This document shows positions 27,181-32,000 of a stretch of 32,000 nucleotides of DNA, piece after piece (the first letter of the stretch is position 1; each line of letters starts with the position of its first letter). Source of the stretch: Candidatus Heimdallarchaeota archaeon (GTDB taxonomy: Archaea > Asgardarchaeota > Heimdallarchaeia > JABLTI01). The notes beneath the pieces are model-generated. The model was not told the origin of the DNA. It searched no databases and worked only from the letters and a program-made list of their open reading frames with translations. Made by a program: the position numbers and the translations under genes. The stretch lies in assembly GCA_030614005.1 (NCBI GenBank), contig JAUWKS010000033.1, forward strand, positions 1-32,000, read 5' to 3'.

Positions 27181-28371
27181 ATGCTTAATCATAGATTTTT
27201 AACTCAATATAAGGATCCTGAGAGCTTTGTGGAGGGTGCTGTTGAATTTATTCAAAAGCATATCAAAGATAAGAAAGTTTTTTGTGCTCTTTCAGGGGGA
27301 ATAGATAGTTCAGCTGCTTATCTTCTTTTAAAGAAAGCGGGTGTAAATGTCTTACCAGTCTTCATAGATCATGGACTAATGCGAATTATCCGAGGTAAAG
27401 AGGAGCGAGTTTGGATCAAAGAAACATTTCCAGATGTAAAAGTGGTTGATATTCGTGATGAATTTCTCCCGCAAATTTACGGAGAAGGAGACGCAGAGAA
27501 AAAAAGGAAATTATTCAAAAAAGCTTATTCAGGTACTTTTGACAAAATAATTAGAGAAGAGAACTGTCAGCTATTGACTGATGGAACCATTTTACCCGAT
27601 CTAGAGGAAAGTTTTGGTGTTGGAATGGATGAAATCAAAGAAAGCATGTCTTTTGATGATGAAACTGCTCTTCGTGAAGCTCAAAAAGGACTAGGCTTTG
27701 TGAAAAGTCAACACAATGTGGAAATACAATATGATGTTGAAGCCACTGTCCAACCTGTTGCTTCTTTGACAAAAAATCAAGTTAGAGAAGTGCTCCAGTA
27801 TTTGGATATGCCTGACGATGTTGTCTTTAGGAAAGCATTCCCAGGTCCAGCCTTAGCTGCTCGCATTGTTGGTCCAGTCACTGAGGAGAAACTGACATTC
27901 CAAAAGAAAATACATGATATTGTTGAATCTGCTGTTGATGACTTTTATATTGCAAAACATGGTAAATCTATGATTATCAATGAAAAAGGTGAACAAGAAC
28001 CATTCCAAGTTTTTGCAGCCACTTTTGAAGATGCAACAAATGCAGAAGTCACCGGGTTAAAAGATGGTAGAAGAACATACGATAAAGCCAAATGTGTTTC
28101 CGGTGATTGGAATTTTGATCAATTAGTGAAAGATGGTTTAGCCTTAACTGGTCACACTCGATTATTTTATCAATTAGGTGAAAAAGAAGATGGTAAATTT
28201 GATGCTGTTATTAGGTGTATAAATAGTATAGATGCTCGAACAGCATATATCACCAATTTACCTTATGAATTGCTCCAAGAGTTAAGTAGTAAGTTGTTAG
28301 AAGTGCCAGATGTTCGACGAGTTTACTTTGACGTAACAACAAAACCACCTAGCACAATTGAATATGTATAA
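27181..28371 (+). CDS. guaAB: GMP synthase ATP-pyrophosphatase subunit (subunit B)-like, enlarged
   Basis: PP-loop ALSGGIDSS, FIDHGLMR, EKKRK, GTILPD, KSQHNV, FPGPALAARI, C-terminal RVYFDVTTKPPSTIE. Confidence 0.85.
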   Translation: MLNHRFLTQYKDPESFVEGAVEFIQKHIKDKKVFCALSGGIDSSAAYLLLKKAGVNVLPVFIDHGLMRIIRGKEERVWIKETFPDVKVVDIRDEFLPQIYGEGDAEKKRKLFKKAYSGTFDKIIREENCQLLTDGTILPDLEESFGVGMDEIKESMSFDDETALREAQKGLGFVKSQHNVEIQYDVEATVQPVASLTKNQVREVLQYLDMPDDVVFRKAFPGPALAARIVGPVTEEKLTFQKKIHDIVESAVDDFYIAKHGKSMIINEKGEQEPFQVFAATFEDATNAEVTGLKDGRRTYDKAKCVSGDWNFDQLVKDGLALTGHTRLFYQLGEKEDGKFDAVIRCINSIDARTAYITNLPYELLQELSSKLLEVPDVRRVYFDVTTKPPSTIEYV

Positions 28372-28381
28372 ATAAAAAAGT

Positions 28382-28401
28382 CTAGGATTGAATAATCCTA
28401 G
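28382..28401 (-). terminator. Hairpin CTAGGATT-gaat-AATCCTAG between convergent genes; U-tract follows on the minus strand
   Basis: Perfect 8-bp stem with 4-nt loop; AAAAAAG immediately to its left on the + strand. Confidence 0.6.
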
Positions 28402-28406
28402 CATCT

Positions 28407-29237
28407 TCATTTCTTTTTCTTCTTTGAATATAAAATACTTGCAAAAGTCATTGAAATTATCCCAACGATAATTGGAAATATCTGCACAGGTGTAGTAGCA
28501 GTGCAACCAATTCTTAATGCATTGTAATCGAAATCACTGTCTGCTTGTCTAATCTGCGAATAGATTATCATTGCAACAGCATTATCGTCTTTATAATAGA
28601 AGAAGATTTCAATATCATCATTGAGTGCTAAAGCAGGGTCTTTTCCAGGAGTGTCTCCAGAATCTAAAGGAAATTCGAGTTCGTATTCATCATAGTTTAT
28701 TTTTGGATGAACTTTTCCTACACTGTCTTCAGTACCAGAAACGCTTACGTCATCCTCCCATATAAGACCAGCAACATCTTTTGTAACACCATCAATTGAA
28801 TCGTTGTTGTGTGCATAAATGTATTTTATATCTTGTTCTTTGCCATAGCCCCAACCTTCATCGTATATTCGAACTAGTGGTTCAGCTGTATTTGTTTTCA
28901 ATACGATTGCTAGCTGGTCATCTCCTTCGCCTTTATCAGTATCAGGAACGGTAACTGCAAAAATCAAGTTGTTTTCTTCAGTATACAAAGTCTTTACTAC
29001 TATGATAATTGTATCAGCTTGGTTGTCCAAATTGTAGAGAGTGATATTATAGGTCAAAGCAGGTGCCCATTCTGTGGTACCAATATGTCCATCTATTACA
29101 GGTGGAGTAGAGTTATAGCAAGTTAATATAAGGTCTTTTTTTACAGGAGCTTTTATAACAGCTACTGGAATTAAACATAGGAATATTAAACTAAAAATTA
29201 TCCCACTTATAGTTGATTTTCTTAAAAATGGTTTCAA
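28407..29237 (-). CDS. Secreted DOMON/CBM9-like sugar-binding-fold protein with C-terminal TM anchor
   Basis: Signal peptide; PPVIDGHIGTTEW is the typical CBM9/DOMON-like N-terminal motif; YELEFPL; ends with TM then SKKKKK. Confidence 0.7.
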   Translation of the reverse strand: MKPFLRKSTISGIIFSLIFLCLIPVAVIKAPVKKDLILTCYNSTPPVIDGHIGTTEWAPALTYNITLYNLDNQADTIIIVVKTLYTEENNLIFAVTVPDTDKGEGDDQLAIVLKTNTAEPLVRIYDEGWGYGKEQDIKYIYAHNNDSIDGVTKDVAGLIWEDDVSVSGTEDSVGKVHPKINYDEYELEFPLDSGDTPGKDPALALNDDIEIFFYYKDDNAVAMIIYSQIRQADSDFDYNALRIGCTATTPVQIFPIIVGIISMTFASILYSKKKKK

Positions 29238-29351
29238 TATACTTCCTCCAATGAAATGTATGTATGAATAAAAATACCTTTTTTTATATAAATATCTAAT
29301 GGAGATAATTTAGAAGGTCATTATTGAGAGTTTACATTGTAAAATAAAGAC

Positions 29352-29358
29352 TTTATAA
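29352..29358 (+). promoter_or_regulatory. Candidate archaeal TATA box (TTTATAA) with purine-rich BRE-like flank, upstream of the DUF362 gene
   Basis: AATAAAGAC-TTTATAA about 40-50 nt upstream of the start; in AT-rich DNA such matches are weak evidence. Confidence 0.35.
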
Positions 29359-29395
29359 CAAGCAATAGTATTTAATTCATATATATAGGTAATGT

Positions 29396-30295
29396 GTGAT
29401 CAAGATGACAAAAATAGCTGTTGTAGTCACAAAAGACAGAGCATTTGGTGTGAACAAATCTATTGAATTATTAGGGATAAATCCTGTTAAAGGCAAAGAA
29501 GTAATCTTCAAACCAAATTTTAACACTGCGGATCCTCCTCCAGCTTCAACATCAATGGAAACCTTCAAGCCACTGTTACTCAAACTAAAAGAAATGGGTG
29601 CAAAAACAATTACTGTTGCTGAAAGAAGTGGTCCAGCAAATACAGAAGAAGTCTTTAAAGAAAAAGGACTCTTCAAATTAGCTGAAGAAATGGGTTTTAA
29701 AATTGTTAATCTAGCAACAATACCAGAAGAAGAGTATATTTTAAAGAAACCAGAAGGAAGTCATTGGAAAGATGGTTTTCTATTCGCGAAGATTTACGAC
29801 GATGCTGAATGTATCGTTGAGACTTGCTGTTTGAAAACCCATCAATATGGCGGTCATTTCACACTTTCAATGAAGAACGCTGTTGGACTAGTCCCTCGAG
29901 ATAATTACCAATATATGAAAGAATTGCACTCTTCTGAACACCAGAGAAAGATGATTGCTGAAATAAATGGTGTGTATAAAGCTGATTTAATTGTTATAGA
30001 TGGTATCGTGACATTCATTGATGGTGGACCAGATAAAGGAACACGAAAAGAAGCCAATGTTTTCCTAGCAGGAACAGACAAAATCGCATTAGATGCTGTT
30101 GGTGTGGCAATTCTAAGAATTCTCGGAACAACTCCTGAAGTGATGAATGGAGCAATTTTTGATCAAGAACAAATTAAAAGAGCTGTAGAATTAGGAATAG
30201 GCATTTCATCACCAAATGAAATAGAATTTTTAACAGATTCTGAAGAAAGTATAGAATTGGTTAATCAGATTAAGGTTAAATTAACTGAAAAGTAG
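29396..30295 (+). CDS. DUF362 family protein (putative Fe-S binding, lactate-racemase-like fold)
   Basis: IFKPNFN, VAERSG, CLKTH, TLSMKNAVG, IDG...GGP, DKIALDAV. ATG 29405 is a possible start. Confidence 0.85.
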   Translation: MIKMTKIAVVVTKDRAFGVNKSIELLGINPVKGKEVIFKPNFNTADPPPASTSMETFKPLLLKLKEMGAKTITVAERSGPANTEEVFKEKGLFKLAEEMGFKIVNLATIPEEEYILKKPEGSHWKDGFLFAKIYDDAECIVETCCLKTHQYGGHFTLSMKNAVGLVPRDNYQYMKELHSSEHQRKMIAEINGVYKADLIVIDGIVTFIDGGPDKGTRKEANVFLAGTDKIALDAVGVAILRILGTTPEVMNGAIFDQEQIKRAVELGIGISSPNEIEFLTDSEESIELVNQIKVKLTEK

Positions 30296-30299
30296 AGAG

Positions 30300-30875
30300 T
30301 TAAGATTTTTCTTGGCTTTTCATTTTTCTTATTTTTTCAATGAACACTTTAACATCCTTTGGATTCTTAAGAATTAGATAATTGTCAGTTCCGAGTGCTT
30401 GTTTTACCTCTTCAATTATTCCTTTGATTTTGTAAACTTTATATCTAATACTAAATGATGATAGCTCATAAATTGCATACAAAGGTTTCTCTTTCGTGCC
30501 ACTTTCCTCAATTCTCTTAGGCAGATGAGTTGATCTATGAAAAGTTAATTTTGTATTTCTTGATAATGTTCGAGCAACAATTCTCCATAATGAAATGTAT
30601 AAAGGTAAATCTAAAACAATAGCAAAAGTTGCTTGAGGTAAAAGCATATCACGTACTTTTGAGTAATTACCATCGATAACCCATGATTTTCTAGAAAGCT
30701 CTTTTTTGACTATTTTACGAAATGCTTTCTTTGTTGGCATTGTCCAATCTGGAAACCAAAATAAATCATCCAAATGAATATAATCTATATAAAGAATTTC
30801 ACCCAATGATTTGGCTAAGGTGGTTTTACCACTACCCGAAGCACCATAGATAACTATTCGATTAAAATTAACCAT
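30300..30875 (-). CDS. P-loop nucleotide kinase, adenylate-kinase-like/FlaR (topology modulation protein) family; ATG 30875 preferred
   Basis: IVIYGASGSGKTT, HLDDLFW, WVIDGNY. Confidence 0.85.
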   Translation of the reverse strand: MVNFNRIVIYGASGSGKTTLAKSLGEILYIDYIHLDDLFWFPDWTMPTKKAFRKIVKKELSRKSWVIDGNYSKVRDMLLPQATFAIVLDLPLYISLWRIVARTLSRNTKLTFHRSTHLPKRIEESGTKEKPLYAIYELSSFSIRYKVYKIKGIIEEVKQALGTDNYLILKNPKDVKVFIEKIRKMKSQEKS

Positions 30876-31024
30876 TGAGCTATTCACACTCACATCCAAA
30901 AATTACTAATATATCTATTTTACGTTTATTAAAAAAAAAGGAAAAATAATACTGAAGAGATAAAAAAAATGGAAGAGAAAAGGAGCATTCCTTTCTCTCG
31001 AAACTCTTTTCCATTTACGAACAG

Positions 31025-32000
31025 CTAAGCAAGACGCCTGCGTCGAATGACAGCTACTACAAAAGTCAAGGCAATGCTAAATGTTACAATAGAAACAGCA
31101 ATAATAATACCACCTTCTTCGGTGATAGTAGTATTCTGACCTGGAATTGTTATAGTTGTTGTTGGGGGAGTCTCGGTAATATCCGGAGTATCAGAACCAT
31201 CAGTAGGATCGGAACCAAGAGCAATTTCAACAAAATCACTGTATGTATCACCATCTGTGTCAACAGCATTAGGGTTCGTTCCATGAATCATCTCAACATT
31301 ATCATCCAGACCATCGTTATCTGAATCCATATCATTAGGGTCAGTCAAATAACCATCTGTACCAGCGTTTACCTCCTCAAAATCATCCAAGGTGTCCCCA
31401 TCTGAATCTGCACTTGTAGGGTCGGTAAGGCTAGTATTTATTTCATAGGCATCAAGTAGAAGGTCGCTATCCGTATCATCATTGTTAGGGTTTGTAATCC
31501 AACCATCAACTCCAGCAATGACTTCCTCACCATCAAGAATTGTGTCATCATCCGAGTCATCATCAAGAGGGTCAGTAGAATAGATATTTACTTCTTCTCC
31601 ATCTAAAGCTCCATCATCATCGCTGTCAGGATCGTTAGGATTAGTAAAACTAATAGTAGTTTCATATGTATCTGAGAGGCCATCCCCATCGGTATCTAAT
31701 TCAGGGATATCTGATGAATTATTAGGGTCTGTACCAGCGATGAATTCATTGTAATCGGAATAGGTATCACCATCGGTATCAGGATTATTAGGGTCAGTAT
31801 TGGTTAAAATCTCATCACTATCTGAGAGTAAATCATCATCGCTGTCGGTGTCATTTGGGTCTGTTACATATCCGTCAGAACCGGTTGTTACTTCCTCTTG
31901 ATCATCAAGACCATCTCCGTCCATATCATCATTAGTAGGGTCAGTGGAATAAATACTGATTTCATCATCGTCTGTTAAACCATCCGAATCTGTATCATCA
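31025..32000 (-). CDS. Ca-binding thrombospondin type 3-like repeat surface protein, C-terminal part (continues beyond the window end)
   Basis: About a dozen DxDxDG(L)xDxxE...TDP repeats, then a Thr/Pro-rich stalk, a TM helix and RRRRLA. The frame is open upstream of ATG 31924 to position 32000 (DDTDSDGLTDDDEISIYSTDPTNDD). Confidence 0.9.
   Translation of the reverse strand, partial: DDTDSDGLTDDDEISIYSTDPTNDDMDGDGLDDQEEVTTGSDGYVTDPNDTDSDDDLLSDSDEILTNTDPNNPDTDGDTYSDYNEFIAGTDPNNSSDIPELDTDGDGLSDTYETTISFTNPNDPDSDDDGALDGEEVNIYSTDPLDDDSDDDTILDGEEVIAGVDGWITNPNNDDTDSDLLLDAYEINTSLTDPTSADSDGDTLDDFEEVNAGTDGYLTDPNDMDSDNDGLDDNVEMIHGTNPNAVDTDGDTYSDFVEIALGSDPTDGSDTPDITETPPTTTITIPGQNTTITEEGGIIIAVSIVTFSIALTFVVAVIRRRRLA

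Noticed and set aside
17392-29676. ORFs 17392..17583, 22344..22529, 22626..22844, 24343..24546, 28297..28506, 29377..29676
   Set aside because: Short, antisense to real genes and without motifs or RBS support.
30974-30998. Imperfect hairpin AGAGAAAAGGA-gcat-TCCTTTCTCT downstream of the TSP3-like gene
   Set aside because: Plausible terminator, but bulged and low-complexity; too weak to list as a feature.
31025-32000. Periodic CATC/GTC-rich DNA resembling a repeat array
   Set aside because: Explained by Asp-rich protein repeats; no identical direct repeats with unique spacers, so not CRISPR.
1-32000. tRNA, rRNA or structured ncRNA genes
   Set aside because: No GC-rich structured island or cloverleaf seen in any intergenic region; a tRNAscan-SE/Infernal run would be needed to exclude them formally.

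Overview
AT-rich prokaryotic window, most likely archaeal and probably Asgard (Heimdallarchaeia-like). The lineage is inferred from gene content, not from a marker gene: stand-alone GMP synthase B subunit, mevalonate genes, glutaredoxin plus FTR-like pair, T-rich terminators, many signal-peptide proteins ending in TM helix + KKKK tails, and candidate longin-like and PCI-like domains. About 30 CDS were found; no rRNA, tRNA, CRISPR array or transposase. Housekeeping content: alpha/beta hydrolase, 2-oxoacid:ferredoxin oxidoreductase alpha/beta, ferritin-like protein, Grx/FTR-like pair, mvaD plus a GHMP kinase with phosphomevalonate-kinase-like motifs, HtrA, M28 peptidase, MFS transporter, GMP synthase B, DUF362, a P-loop kinase. 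The most notable feature is a ~2.5-kb cassette (23953-26470) bracketed by a degenerate duplication of the 3' end of the MFS gene. It encodes a secreted 390-aa protein with a clan CD-like His/Cys protease signature (IIIGHG...LLACYS), a DPGPGG linker and a ~67-aa hydrophobic C-terminus, followed by a 3-TM protein. This is a candidate self-processing archaeocin/toxin plus immunity pair (inference). Also notable: a tandem pair of PGF-anchored surface genes with mosaic near-identical and divergent blocks, three single-base frameshifts within 1.9 kb (19092, ~19539, ~20910), and an in-frame TAA in a SnoaL-like gene.
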